Of a DNA stretch of 64,000 nucleotides, positions 1 through 14,368 are shown piece by piece. Every line of letters begins with the position of its first letter. The stretch's first letter is position 1. This DNA is from Phoronis australis. Its lineage: Eukaryota > Animalia > Phoronida. The notes beneath the pieces are model-generated. The model saw nothing but the letters and a program-made list of their open reading frames with translations. It had not been told where the DNA came from and searched no databases. Location of the stretch: positions 635,256 through 699,255 of the forward strand of contig NMRA01000093.1 in NCBI GenBank assembly GCA_002633005.1. Reading direction: 5' to 3'. The translations under genes and the position numbers were made by a program.

Positions 1-1483
1 AGAAATAATGTCTCAAGAAAGTCAGACAGTTGGAGCCATTTTTTGATACACTATTATCAGACCAGTATTTCTCCGCTATGGCATTTCAAAACTCTTGATG
101 ATTCCAGCTTGAAACTGGGCATTAATGGTCATAACTCATAATTTAATCAAATTACATGGTGGACTAGAAAGAAATAACTTCATAATTGCATTATCCATAA
201 CCATGGGTTCTCAGACTGTCAAATGTCATTAACCAATAATAGCTAAAAACCATCCGTATTTTAACCAGTGTAGAATGTTGACAGCAAATTTGCCGTTTTC
301 TTCACTCGTTTTGTATTGGGGAAACAAAAACTAAAACCAATCCCAAGGTATTTCCCAAAAATATGAACAACATATAATCAAATTTGTAAAGGATTTCCTC
401 GGCCCTAAACTAGTTAACTAAACATGTGGAACAGTGGCGCTTTTCAGAGACGGAATGTATTCACAATGTTAAGCATCAATAACAATCTAATATTTTGGAA
501 CAACTTTGGCCAAAAAGTTGGTTTTAGTCTAGACCAAATCATTCTGAAACCATCAATCGTTGACTAATAAAGGAGTCACCCACATAAATTTCACACAAGG
601 TCAGGTGCATTTTTGAAAAACTTTTTGTACCAAGGCATGTAAGCAGGTTTGAAACATTGTGAATTGCCAAGCAAAAGGTAAAAAATTCCTCGTCATTTCC
701 GCAAATCTCAGGAGGATTTACATTTTCGAAAAAGTGAACAACTAAAACAATACCATATTGACCAATCATTTTCAAAAAAACAGAGACCAGAACCAACTAC
801 GCTTTTGTTGGACTTATTCATATTTCCCTATGTTTAGCATATTTTGAACTTGCTCATATTTTTCTATGTTCAGCACTATTTTGGCCTAACCATTAGCACT
901 ACGGTCTGATGCACTTTTGACTAACTGTCCAGTCTTAAGTACATGCAGAATTCAATCCACTACGACAGACAAGCGCTACTGAAAACTGCATTTCCTTGGC
1001 ACTTAGCTACCAGAAAACAAAATAATAAGTTTTGTGATGTTCCACACCACGACAAGACTTGATTTTCATTACCAACAGCAACACTGAAACAATCAACAAC
1101 ACCAAAAATGCTTTTAGAGTTCGTAAGGGTTGTCCAACCCAGTAACTACAAATTCAAAATGGTGCTACTATGCACTGCCTGTGACTTGTGCCGCCGGCTT
1201 AAATTCGTAACAATTCAAGGTCAGATAAGTGTGGTATGTTTTTAAATCCCTACGTTTAATCAACAATTAAATATTGACAGCTAAACTGACCATTGTTTCT
1301 TCTAATAATGTTGCGAGTGCCAATGATTTGTCCTAACAGTAAACATAATCTGTTGGTTGCTATACGGTGTTACTTACATAATATGAAAAAAAAATAAATC
1401 AATAAGCTTTCACTCGTCAAGCATACTGCGTCCTAAATGGGCGAGATATTACCATAGCTAAAACTAGCTCTTTCAAAAACACC

Positions 1484-2009
1484 TAACTCCTCCGACCAGT
1501 CTTAACTATAACTATAACTATAACTCCTCAGACCAGTCTTAACTATAACTATAACTATAACTCCTCAGACCAGTCTTAACTATAACTATAACTATAACTC
1601 CTCAGACCAGTCTTAACTATAACTATAACTATAACTCCTCAGACCAGTCTTAACTATAACTATAACTATAACTCCTCAGACCAGTCTTAACTATAACTAT
1701 AACTATAACTCCTCAGACCAGTCTTAACTATAACTATAACTCCTCAGACCAGTCTTAACTATAACTCCTCAGACCAGTCTTAACTATAACTATAATTATA
1801 ACTCCTCAGACCAGTCTTAACTATAACTATAATTATAACTCCTCAGACAGTCTTGACTATAACTATAACTATAACTCCTCAGACCAGTCTTAACTATAAC
1901 TATAACTATAACGCCTCAGACAGTCTTAACTATAACTATAACTATAACTCCTCAGACCAGTCTTAACTATAACTATAACTATAACTCCTCAGACAGTCTT
2001 AACTATAAC
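1484..2009. repeat. Minisatellite, ~15 units of AACTCCTCAGACCAGTCTT + (AACTAT)1-3 (modal ~37 bp)
   Basis: Directly visible tandem array; unit length varies with the number of internal AACTAT hexamers. Confidence 0.95.
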
Positions 2010-5000
2010 CCCCAAACTAGCTCACAACTCATGATAAAGATGACTTTGAAATTGTTGTAAAGTCGACTTAGCTTCACTATTTACTTTTAAAACCACTGCC
2101 GCAATAGCAATAACGTACACGCGGCCACCATTGCCATGAACGATGACCTTTGATGATACAGGTCAAAGCTTTTTCTGGCTCAAATTCAGAACACTAAACG
2201 CATCTCTTCAACAGCGAAAAATCAATAAAATATTGTCTTTAATTACAGACAGCTAATATTAAGTTCGCAAAAAACGAGTGATTTCATAGAATATCGATTT
2301 CAACTAGTTCAGTATAGTATCACTTTCCCCTCTCTTATTTAACTAACCCCCCACAGGGTATTGAGATGCTTCAGTATTGCATAGTTACCACCTCTGACTG
2401 AATGGTGGAACGAAGGCTTCATTTTAATAAAAGTAAAGTGGAAAGACTAGTTTTTGAAAAATTCTACAAACATGTATTTTCAATGTTTATGTGCAAAGAA
2501 TACCAAGTTCATTCAAGCATCAGCTCTCACAACTGCCACAGCATTTTTGTCTACTAAAAGGTATAGGAAACAAATATTTTGTTGAAGGGAAATCGCCTGG
2601 ATATCCAGAAGGCAGCTGGGTATGGCTCCAGGCAGCTGACGTGTGGTCACTTGGCTGTGGGGCGTGACAGTCCCTTGTAAACCTCCATAAGTCTGGGAGT
2701 TACCTAATTACCATCTGCTCAACAAAACATTTCTGCGACTCTGGCAAAAAGCTTGTTGCCAAAAACCTTGACTTGCTACCACCATATAACAAATCGGCCA
2801 TGATAATGCAAGCCAATCTCGTGCCTTCAATGAACTAGGTAACTGAATAATTCCAACAATCTAGAACTGATAAGCAACATATGCCGTAATCTTATTTGTG
2901 AGTAATTTGTCAAACAATGACCAGGGAGTAGTATGGATATTTTTGAGGTGATAATATTTATTGTGTTTATGATGGTCCATGAGATAAAGGTTAAGAGGGA
3001 TTATTATAGTTGAAACACTTGAAAACAAACAGCAAATTAAGTAACATGTGATATGCTATTACGTTTTTCTCTTTTGTTATCAAACTACCGATCTTTTCCA
3101 CACAATTTTATAATACCGATATGGGTTCCCCAAACATCAGTTCAAAAACGATTCCCAAATGAAGGACATGTTGTCCTTGAAAACTAATTGATACCACCTG
3201 AGCGTAAAACCATTGTTACTTTGTTTGCTTGTTTTCGATTCACATTTTGGTTCTTGTTATACAAATATGGTTATCTATTGGCCAAATGTCATTTGTTTGC
3301 ATTTGGAGTATAGTATTGTACATAATTATGAATTGAACTAGTGATACGGAACACTTCCTGCAGCCAACTCTACTAAGTGACTCATTACGAAGGTGCAGCA
3401 AACTAAAGCTAAAAGACTGACTCTGGCAATAAATTAAAGGAAAAAAATCTTTTTAGAAATGCAAGTACAAACCCAAAGTGAAACCACGATCAACTGCCCG
3501 GCAATTGCTGTGGCTACCGACAGCACACTTTACAGGTACACTTAAAAGCAAACTGACATTGGCCTTGCACGCAGTTAAAAATGTAAGGCAAAATGAAAAA
3601 CATCCAGGCACATTGATTTTTCAAGAAACAAAATTTTCAAATACAAAACAATGCACTCCTCACCTGAATTGCAGTAACTTGCACCTGTGCTTGTTTATTG
3701 CCTGGTCAGTTGCAATGAATCACACATACCCACAAAACAGATAAATTGACTTTAAATTTCAAATATTATACCAAATATATTAACGTGAAGAAGTTTGCAC
3801 AATCAATACAAATAAAAGCCAGCAATTAATCAAAAACGCAACTGGCCAAAATGTGGCGTGGATGAGTGTAGTAAGCATAACACATTAGCTATAAGTCTCC
3901 AATTACTGCCTTGACAGTTGACACTTAATTGTCTTGGCATTGTTCTGTGGACACTCACCTGTTCTACGCAGGTGCAACTTGCATTATACTCCATTCACAA
4001 ACTGGCTAGCTAGCACTTCAGTGCTGTCAATGATAGCAAAAACATCAGTTATGAAAATGCTTACAAGAGACACTTTTGCTATGACTTCCCCAGGGCCTCA
4101 ATGAGTACCCCATAACAGCTGGTGTGCTCTCATGAGACCACTTAATCAAAGAACACACTTGGGCAGGGGTAAGACCTCTGTTGATGGTCACATTAATCAA
4201 TCTAAGGTAGACATATACTTTGACATTAATGTTCACATTAAAAGCCACTGGGGTGGTGAGGAAACACATCATGGCTGGCAGAAATGACCCCTCCCCTGGT
4301 CAGCTGGTCCATTTTACTAAAACACTAGTAGCTAGCTAAGCTATGTTAAAGCTAAGTGTTTTAGCCACCCATGTGAACCTAGCTTTATAGTTAAGTGCCC
4401 GTCCCTAAACAGCTAGAGGCAAATGATAAATTCATAACATGAAAAAAGTGAAGGCCTATCAAAGGCTCAGTACCGTCATACCATTAAGACTGCTACAATG
4501 AAAATTGAATTGCTTGATGAGTTCTGTGTAATCAATAAAAAGCCTGGTCACATATGTTTTAATTTCAAAAGCAAAAACACTGAACTTTAATGAGCACTTT
4601 TATAACAGAAACACTAATGACAGTTTATTTAATTGCTGGTAGATGTTATAATGCCGACAGCTCTCCAGTTTCTCTTCCTTTCAAAGACTAGTATAGTTCG
4701 GTAGCTGCCTTTTGTTAAAAGGGGTTAGGTCACAAACCAGGTTGGAACAATAGCTCATCAAGAGGGTAATGGATACATGTCTTGACAATTACATGCCTCT
4801 TAATTGTACAACATTACTTCCCATGTTTGTCTGTCGTTGGACCTCCGTCCCTGACGCCCCTTGACAAATCTCTATTTAATTTTGCCGAAAAACAATAGCC
4901 AATACAGCATTTTCCTCTGATTACATTTTGAAACTGTTTTAACTTTTTACCACCGTTTTATTTAGCAGTACCTATACAGTACAAAGCCAGTTTTTCTCAA

Positions 5001-8000
5001 CATACATTTTAGTGAACAAATTGACAAAGAAATAGTTTCACACCTCCACATTTTATCACTAGCGGAATTGAACGAATTTATTACAGCTCTTCAATCTATT
5101 CACAAAACTGAAGAAAATCCACAATGATGCTGCTTCTACAGTTTTGCCAAACGCTAATAACAAGACTACCATACATCCCCTTCACCATCAATATCAGGAC
5201 TGCCATGAAATAGTTAGCAACATAACAGGCATAACCAGAAGCAGTGGCAACTTGTTTAGCTACAAGAGAGATCATTACATCAACTCAGCATCCATTCACA
5301 CATACACACCACTTGATGGTAGCAGTCATCATTCAAGCAAGATTGGTAGAGATGATAGCTAATCAATCTAACTTTGTTACTGACAAATTCATGAAACCAG
5401 ACACCATTTTGTGAAAGACTGCCCTGGATAAACAATATGAACTACCAATTCAAGCACATTTTCATCCCGATACATGTTATGCAGCACTGAAATTCTTATC
5501 CTCTAATAGGTTTGTCAGATATTGTCAACAAGTGTTCTGGGAACCATCTATATGACTGGACACTGCAAGATAACCATGTGGTCAGTAGTTCTGTCAAGTT
5601 TTGTTATTGCAAGGATCATTTCAAAAAACAGGACTGGATCCACTGATACACAAAGGTCTCAAATCTACAGGCAAATTTGGAGGACCTATGGGTCGTGGCG
5701 GTATTTTCCATCCTCGTGGGAATCAATTTCCAGGGAAATGGCATATTAATGAGTGTGGTTTTGTCTGTTAATTCAGTACATTATGCGACCATGACTGATC
5801 CACAGTTGGGATCTATACTTTTTCAATTAGAATATATTAGGTCCCATATTCCTAACATTGCTGTTTTGGTCACTGAAATTAGTTTTGATCGGCTGATCAG
5901 CATTGTGTTAGAATCTGAATGTAATGAGTATTACTCAAAAAAAATAAGATGTGATAGCGAAAGAATTTTAATGCAGGCAAGTTGACCAATCACAATGCGT
6001 GGATGGAATTTCGTATGTGCTAATGACGTAAGAAGGAATTACTCAGAAAAAACAACAGCTGTCGTTGCGTACTATTTGAAACTGATCTTCGGGCAAACAA
6101 TCATGAAAATTGCACATTTAATGAAATGCAACCAACCCAAAATTTTCTTCTGGACCATTACAACTTGAAGTAGGACATGTTTACTTCGAATGAGAGTCAC
6201 GGAATCGACTCAAAATATTGTTCACACATACTCAACCAGGTTTAAACAAAAACTTGAAATGTGTTGAGGAATTTTTCATTATTTGCCTTTGAGACACTTC
6301 ACAGTACTCTGAGGTAGATAAGGCTTCCCTTACAGGAGTTAAACCTCTCACTTATGTAACTGCTGGAGACATCGAGCCACTTTCTACACTGTCTTAGTTC
6401 AGATGAGGATGATCTTGTTCTCAACCATTCTAGGAACTACAGTCGGTCATTAATGTGTCATAGGACAACTGATGTAAAGCGCGGGGATGTATCAAGACCC
6501 ACCCTGAATAGTAGAAACTCCAGTCACTAGTCTGATGTAAGTTAACAGTGCTTTAGAACACAGTCTATTTACTGATCAGAAGGTCCAGGGATGCAACCAC
6601 CAAATTCTACTTGAGACTCAACTTGAAAATTAACCAATCACGGATTTGAAAAATTCACTCGAAAGTCACTCGGAGCATGGCACGCTATTCATCAATTATC
6701 GAGTCAAGTCTAAAACTTGGTGGCCACAAGTAAAGAACTGGCTTTATTTCTCCTGTAGCACTGGTGTGATGGACTTGCTTATGGTGACTTGACCTGATTA
6801 ATGGATTTGGGGAGATTCTTTGGGATTGAACTAATACAAATGCATCCACAGAAAGTTGAAAAATCCAAAACCTCACAGGCACTATCATTCTAGGTATATA
6901 GCGTCCACTGCTGTTGGCATAGAAGTGTGGGGAGATGGTTAGTTCTTCGCATCATCAATGACTCTGCTTGCGACAGGTAACTTCAGGGGAATGTTGTTTA
7001 GTTCATAAATTATGTTTTTAAGACTTTCAGCTCAAAGTACTGTATTGAAAACTATGTATTTTTCTCTGATGCGTTGAGATATGTGTTAACACAGTTGAGG
7101 TCAGGAATTTTGCCATTTGAGGAGGAATTGGGAGGCTTTTGTGAACTCCATTATATGAAAGATTATGTAAATTATATAAACAAAAGTAAATTGAAGACAA
7201 AATGCATTTTATTCTTGTTTGCACCAGATATAATCATTTAAGAATAGAGTTCCAAAGTGAAACCTCCCTTCCAGACTAGTTTCTAATTTATCCAGAAACT
7301 TGTGGACTGAATGTTCTCTGACTCCAATAGAAAAAGTGGAATGGATGATGTAACAGATACGGGCGAGGATCCAATTCTCGCCTTCTGCATTTAACGCTCT
7401 CCCACGCTGGTAGGTACGAAAAAGAGGCACACCTTCAGATACGGCAGGCAGGTCAGCAGCCTCACTTTCGTTCTTATGAAGATTCACAAAATTGTTAGCA
7501 TCTGTCATCTGAATACTTTATATTTTATATGTAATAAGTAATGCTGGGCAAGTACTACTGCTGTGCCGTGGGCTGCAGTGTTGATTCAAGGAAGTGGCAT
7601 AAGTTGGATAAATATCCATAGATGCGGGATGTCTCATTTCACCCCTTCCCAACAGCTCTGAAGGACAAGAGAGGACGAAGTCCATCGTGCGCACAACACC
7701 ACCGTTGTACAATCAACATAATCTTACCACAAAGCCGAGAAAAGTGAGAGTGCGGAATACGGGAATTACCAGCCATTCCATCTGACAAAGGCCTCGAGAA
7801 GAGACCAAAAGCTAGTGGCTTCAAAAACATTCGTGACTTTCCATTAACTACATCCGAAAGCTCTCGCAAAATTTTTTAATAGGGCACTAGACTGCCGTAA
7901 GAGTTGCCTGTTTTGTGTATAACCCCTTACATGTTAACTGTATCAGGTGACTTATATGCCCAAGAGGCTGGGTATGTATTGTACAAAGTCTTTTTTATTT

Positions 8001-9643
8001 TGTATTGCAATTTGCGATGCATCCATATCACTACAATAAATAATAATAATATATACAATCAAGTAACAACCCAGCGGCTGTCAGGTGCACGTCTCTCCAT
8101 TTGCAGGGCCAAGCTGAAAGAATAAGGCCTAACGCAGACAGAGAGTTAATCACCTCAACTGCAAGTTTAAGCTCAACTCATAGCTCACATCAGTGCCAAA
8201 ATGAACTAAGAGGAGTTTTGTCTCATGAGGCAGTGAGGCAAATATTTCAGTAGTAGGATTTTTTACTTAAGCGAAAATCCTCACAGTACGCAGGCAAGGT
8301 GAGTGAAGTGGTTAGTTAGACAACTAGCTTCGGCAGCTAACGAAAACTAATTTTTGCATCCCCTGAACACAACAAATCAACTAGCGGCAGTTCCTTTTCT
8401 CTGGCTCATTGTAACTATGTATATACTACATTTACGTTGATCACTACCAATGTAGTTTACAGGTCTCTGAGCATTTTGCCTCGCTGTTTGCTGGTAACCC
8501 GCATCGAGCTATGTGATGAGCAGTCAATTGAGCTCATAGCCCTGCATCTGCACTAGGCATATGAGATTCAGCCAACAGTGATTTTGGGTTTAACCACGAG
8601 ACTTAGCCTCTGGCCATGGTGATTACAGTTTGGCCAATGCAGCTGTGTGTTCTGCAGATGCGAGAATCTCGTGAAGAAACACAATCACCAAATACCATAC
8701 AACATCACACGAGAGGGAGGCGAGTTTTTAGCGAGTGTACTCAAGACCTTACTAGCGTAACCCAACAAAATGGCAGTCACTACAGTGATTGTAAGGCGAG
8801 GACGAGATGTTGATTTATGGAATAAAATTTACCATTTCCTGTTCCTGTTTCTCACCACTAGTGCTTTGTGAGTATCATGTTTTGAGTCTAGACATTGCAA
8901 CATAGGTTTCCACTCACAATGCATAGTCACTTTCCACGAGTCCAGGATACAGTTTTCAGGAGGCTACAGGAAACTTTTGTCAATGATAACTGACAAGACA
9001 TGATTTAGTAAGTGAACTTGAGACTCACAAAGCGCAAGTCATTTTTTACCAGATGAACTTTCACTGTGTTTTTCATGACTTTACTAGTTTTTCATTTTCC
9101 ATGCGCTTATTTCCTAGCATTAACTACTTTTGTCACTTTCCAGGTTTTTCAAGATGAAAGGGTTCCATGCATCCATGGGAATTTGGTGGATTTCATCTAC
9201 GGCGTTCATGGCGTTCTTTAAATATATTGTAAGCGTTCGAAACATCAAAGATAACTTGGTGACATGAAAACTAATTCGCAATTTGTGTTTTAAGTGGCTT
9301 GTGCCTCAAGCGTTTTTCGCATCAAAAAGACTTGCTGTTCTATGTAATTATTCAATGCCTTTTGAGGTTGGTTTTCAATATTTAATTTTTCTGCGATAGT
9401 TGATTAGTCCTACTTGTGCCACTGCTGCAATGGATCATGCTTTAAAATTTCAGTGTTCGCAAATTATCAGTGTTGTTTTCAAGTCAACAATGTATCTGTG
9501 ATGTCACTAGATGTTTCTGAGCCAACAGCCGGCCCACAATGCACTTGAATAACATCAGCAGGGTCGTACATAAAATCCATTATTACAAATCAGTCTACTG
9601 AATAGTTATTTAACCCTCATGATAAATTCACTGTATCACTTAC

Positions 9644-9735
9644 TTGTTACGACCCACTCGCTCCCAGTCAAAGACATTGACTTTAAGTACATCGGAACTG
9701 TTAAGCGCTACGCCACTCAAATCAAACAAGAATTT
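9644..9735 (-). CDS. MYOF: Ferlin (dysferlin/myoferlin-like) coding exon 3, C2A domain: KFLFDLSGVALNSSDVLKVNVFDWERVGRN(K)
   Basis: Acceptor ttttcttttgcAG, donor GTAAGT; 92 bp, phase 0 to 2. Resembles recalled DYSF exon 3 ([31 protein letters not shown], 92 bp). The symbol denotes the DYSF/MYOF family, not strict orthology. Confidence 0.92.
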
Positions 9736-10368
9736 CTGCAAAAGAAAAAGTGATGTTAAGTATTTGAAACGACACAAAGAGACAATAGTATGATCAAACA
9801 AGAAACACACTACATTGCAACATAAACCACAGCAGGTAAATGAAGATGTCATCCTGTCCATTTCACACAAGTGTTTAAACAAAGCAATATTAGACCCCAT
9901 ATCATAAACAGTCAGCTTCACAACACAGTCCTAACTCTTCAGCATAAACAGAACTGTAGACACTGAATGGAAACATTTAAAACTTATTGTAACCTCATAA
10001 GTTCCTGGTTGTTATTTTATAAGATCCTGGATCCCAGTACTGCATTATTGTCCATTCACGAGAAAGTGAAAATGGCTGCTATGCATGCATGATCATTCTG
10101 CTCAAATGAGCATACCTGTTTCTAACTTATATCCTGGTGCATAAGAGTAATAACACAAGTCAGGTGCAGTAACAGCCCAGAGGCCGTTCCCGGGGCTGTC
10201 CCTGTGACCGATGATATTTGTCAAGGTTACTTTCCTCTGGGCTACTCCCAATTCCAGAAATTTTTATTAGAACATGTCCAATTGCCCAATCCATATCATG
10301 GTCAATACTGTTTATACTGCTATCAACCCACTGGTGGTCATTAAGGCACTAATATGGCACCCTTTTTT

Positions 10369-10400
10369 ATTGTTATTGTCGTTGTTGTTGTTGTTGTTGC
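10369..10400. repeat. (GTT)n microsatellite
   Basis: ttgttattgtcgttgttgttgttgttgttgc. Confidence 0.8.
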
Positions 10401-10748
10401 TATTGCTTCCATTGTTATTTTTGTATTTTTGTTGTCGTTTTTGTTGATGTGGTGCCGTTGTTTCATTATTTCTACTGATCTGAGAGCTTGTCAGTAATCT
10501 CCTGTTGTCTGTGCATTTAACACTTCATACTAAATACAAGAATCGTACATCATCCCTTGTTAAATCCAATCAATCCAAAAATTTAACCATTCATACTGAA
10601 TGAAACATCAACATTGGTACGAAGATGAGATAAGATAACTGTGATTAACGATTCCCATTTCCTGAAGAGGAGTGAGGTTGATACGGAAGTAGAGTTTTTA
10701 GGCTGCTTCCAGCCAGTAAAGAATGCAAGCTCAATGGGAAAGCATCTA

Positions 10749-10906
10749 CCATAAACTCGCGGGTTAACGCCCCGGCGCCTATATTGGGAAACCCTGATAC
10801 AGAGGAGTGGGCGATTACCCAAGCAGTGGGCGCTTAAACCGAAAATTGACAAAAAGTCAGGGATAGACGATTACCCGCGCATGGGCGTTAACCCGCGACT
10901 TTACAG
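10749..10906. mobile_element. 158-bp MITE, TA TSD (Tc1/mariner-pogo-type ends)
   Basis: Left TA|ccataaactcgcgggttaacgccc and right gggcgttaacccgcgactttacag|TA form imperfect ~24-bp TIRs. Confidence 0.75.
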
Positions 10907-11214
10907 TAACAAGGTGTAGAGATATAGGGACAATGGCATTTGTCAACAGGAAAAGTTCTTTTTGGGAACTACAGACAAGAGAGCATGAAAATTACTCAAC
11001 AAGAAAAAAGTGTTGCTGTGTTGAAATGTCCTCATGACTCCACCACAAACGGTATGCTTCTAGTAGTATCGTAAAGATGGTCACTGCATGGTGCAGAACA
11101 TGTTGAACCCATCCAAAGATAGAAAGGCATCATCGTTTATCTCCCTAATAAAAAACTATTCACAAAATATCATGAACTCCAATGATGCAGAGGCAAACCT
11201 ATAAAAATCGATAG

Positions 11215-11600
11215 TTCATCTGCTGATGAGTCCATAGGAATGTCAAATTTTAATTTTCCTGTAAGGGGCTTAGAAGATACAGCCACACATGCAAAAAATG
11301 TCACTAGGGGGTGCCACATTGGCCAAACCCGTCTGGGAATCATTGTCACTCATGATCTTGCCAGTACCCACACATCCGGAAATTTTTATTATGAACCTTT
11401 GAGTGATGTAGAAAATAAAAAAATGGCTACTAGGTAAAAAATACATTGAATCCATCAAAAAATGAAGGATGCTATTTGTTTCCATAAAGGAGGCCCATTT
11501 GCCAAATTTCATGAAAACTGTTAAGGAACTGAAGATATAGAGGCAAATGAAAAAAATTAAATTGCCACTAGGGGGCACAGTGATAGTGGGATCAGGCTCA
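11215..11600 (+). mobile_element. Partial copy of the sub-repeat (HINE-like) element family
   Basis: Shares aaaaatggctactagg, ccaaatttcatgaaaa and aaattgccactaggggg motifs with 22966-24047 and 30936-32112. Confidence 0.65.
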
Positions 11601-11666
11601 TAAAGAAACTGTCAGGAGCTTAGGAGAAACTGCGCTGATGCTGGAGACCTAGACAGAGATGATGGC

Positions 11667-11750
11667 TGACAAAGGTACAAGACTGACAAGGGTACAAGAC
11701 TGACAAGGGTGCAAGACTGACAAGGGTACAAGACTGACAAGGGTACAAGA
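11667..11750. repeat. 17-bp tandem repeat (TGACAAGGGTACAAGAC) x5
   Basis: Directly visible. Confidence 0.92.
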
Positions 11751-13900
11751 AACCAATATGATATGGCTAACTAAAGGGGTAATTCTTCGCTGTTTAGTTG
11801 TTTCAAACAATTACTTTGGGATAAAAACATTGACCAAACTTATTTGATATTGAATTCTTCCGAATGAACCAACAACTCAAACGACAGGCAATGTGTACAG
11901 GCACCATTTTCAAATTCACAATTTTAAGGATGCCTTACTCCATTATATCTCAGTAAAATACTTTTTTGAGGTGCTGACAGTTTCAATGTTGTTGCTGGTA
12001 AAGGAAATCAAGTCCCAAAGCTTAAGGATTATTATGTAAGCGATTTTATGATTTTAAGAGGCTCCTTCCTTTTTGGTGGCTAAATAGCGAGGAAATGCAG
12101 TTTAATTGCAACAAAAATAATGTACATTTAACCACTTAAGTCTTGAAAGTGAGTGATCATTTTATGATTGGAATTAAAGCAGTGTCAACATTTTTTGAAC
12201 TATAGACTATTTGTGCGGTGCGGGGCCGACAATAGAATTGACAATTAATGTCATTTGTGGAATAGATTATCCAAAACTAGGCCAGTACCAGTGGATGTTC
12301 ACTTAAAAAAAAACAAAAAAAAGTTGAAACATGTAACTCACACAGTAACTTTACCCCAAAGTCTCAGATTACAATCAGGGCTTAGTGATTTATTGAACAA
12401 CTAGTAACTAAATGAAAAAGCAACAACAGTTATCGTTTTCACTGTCTGTCAGGTCTGAAAACATCATCAAGTTGATCTGCTTTCCCAGCATTTTTAACCA
12501 GCATAAGTTTTCCCAGAGATCAGACTATCTATTAACCACATGTGCAAATTGTTGAGAAGTATATGTACATCATTTGGCCTTCACAATTAAGTTTGCTTCC
12601 CAGGCTCTCTATTCATACTGTTAAATAGAACTGGATGCATAGAAAAATTAAGCCAGAGTACCATTACAATAGGGAAATGCTACTATCACTAATCATACCA
12701 GCATCAGCTGACAAACTTAAGCCGAGAACCAATAGATAAAAGTTAGTCTGAAAGTTTCCCCGAGTCCAAACAACAACGTAATATTCATGCTGTTTTCGTC
12801 TTATAGTTGCCAATTTCGAGAGAAATCTACATCTTATTTAGGGTACCCATACCAGGCATTTGTAAAAATCGTCTTGTTTACTCTACCTAGTTCACCATAC
12901 TAGTGCACATGTGAAAAGCATCCCGTAGCAGACGTAGCAGACGTAGCAGACGATAGGCTCATGTATACTTGCCATAATACAGAACAAAAACAAAAGGCTT
13001 TCACCCCAAAACACTACTTTTCAAACATGGCACTGCATGGAGGCTGTTACTTCCATTGAGCCACAGGCTAACGGGGATTTCTGAAAAAAGTCTCGCAACA
13101 TTAAGTAAACATGGGAGCTCTTTGGTAAAAAAGATCATTTTGCATGACTGGCAAGGGACAAACGTGGGTCTTTAAAATGGCCTCAAAATAGTTTAAAATT
13201 ATCAGAGTAGTTGCCAGACTGCTTTTATTGAAGCCAAATTGCAGATGAAGTGAAATCTGGTATTTTAAGTATACGACCCGACCCGGTGTTTCTTCAACTC
13301 CTGGTGACAGTGTTAGGTAATCATTCCACCTTTTTGACCAAAAAGCCTGAAAACACACCACTATACCGGATTCTGTCGGCTCATGACCAACCAGTCTTGA
13401 ATTATCAACGATTTTTACCACGAATCGAACAAAAATGTTTACAAAAGAGGCCCAAGGGGTTCTTTTGGAAGTACAAGATACTTTCCATTCGTCACTAATA
13501 AACAATTCTCACATCTACCTCCAAATTTGCAAAAATTTTCAGTCTGCCACATATCACCCCATTTTTTCAACAATGTAAATGCCCTGATCATTCACCACAT
13601 TTTTCTAATAGACATCATAAAATCACTCAGCTGCCATTTCAGTGCTGATAACACAAGATACTTTTCTAACAGCACCCACGGCACCCTAGCCACATATACA
13701 ACAATAAATAATAGTATAAGTCAGTAGGAATTCTCAGGTCCTTGGAGAGCACTTTAAGATTTACACTATTCTGAGGTCGTTGGAGAGTATTTAAGATTGG
13801 GAGTTAGGAATATGTATGTTCAGATCCAAACACAGCACTTTCAATACTCATTTTACAAAACAGTTAAAAGCTTGCTGTGTGGACTGCTATTGGGTGGCGG

Positions 13901-14080
13901 TGGCACTTGTGCATGCTAGGTGGCACTTGTGCATGCTAGGTAGCACTTGTGCATGCTAGGTGGCACTTGTGCATGCTAGGTGGCACTTGTCCATGCTAGG
14001 TGACACTTGTGCATGCTAGGTGGCACTTGTGCATGCTAGGTGGCACTTGTGCATGCTAGGTGGCACTTATGCATGCTAGG
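13901..14080. repeat. 20-bp tandem repeat (TGGCACTTGTGCATGCTAGG) x9
   Basis: Directly visible, with single substitutions in some copies. Confidence 0.95.
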
Positions 14081-14368
14081 CGGTGCGTTAGTTACCTACT
14101 CATGCTTCACTGGACAAGCAACTACATAAAGCTTAACAGCATGCACAGTGTTGCATGGTTTTCAAAAAAGTGCGAGACATTGTCAGAAATTGATGTGGGC
14201 AGGAACATTTCAGTTTACGCAGGTTTCAAAATGAACCTGTTGCAAATCCGAACCAGCTATTTTTTTAAGTGAAAACTCACAATTGTCTTAAAAATTCGTT
14301 CTAAGAAAGTGAGTTTCCGACTCAAGATTTGTCGTCAGTTCGACTTAACAGCCAAATGCACACTCAGT

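Noticed and set aside
1484-2009. CRISPR-like periodicity; TAACTATAAC resembles the start of the I-CeuI site
   Set aside because: There are no unique spacers and no cas genes, the context is eukaryotic, and the rest of the homing site is absent.
6360-7870. GC-richer stretch with several short minus-strand ORFs (decayed retroelement or ferlin exon 4?)
   Set aside because: No RT/endonuclease motifs were recognised, and there is no phase-2 exon resembling the expected 'LLG' continuation of C2A.
13050-13500. Minus-strand ELPCLLNVARLFSEIPVS, reminiscent of a hAT dimerisation motif
   Set aside because: The diagnostic ERxFS is absent, the flanks are full of stops, and no TIRs were found. A tBLASTn would be needed.
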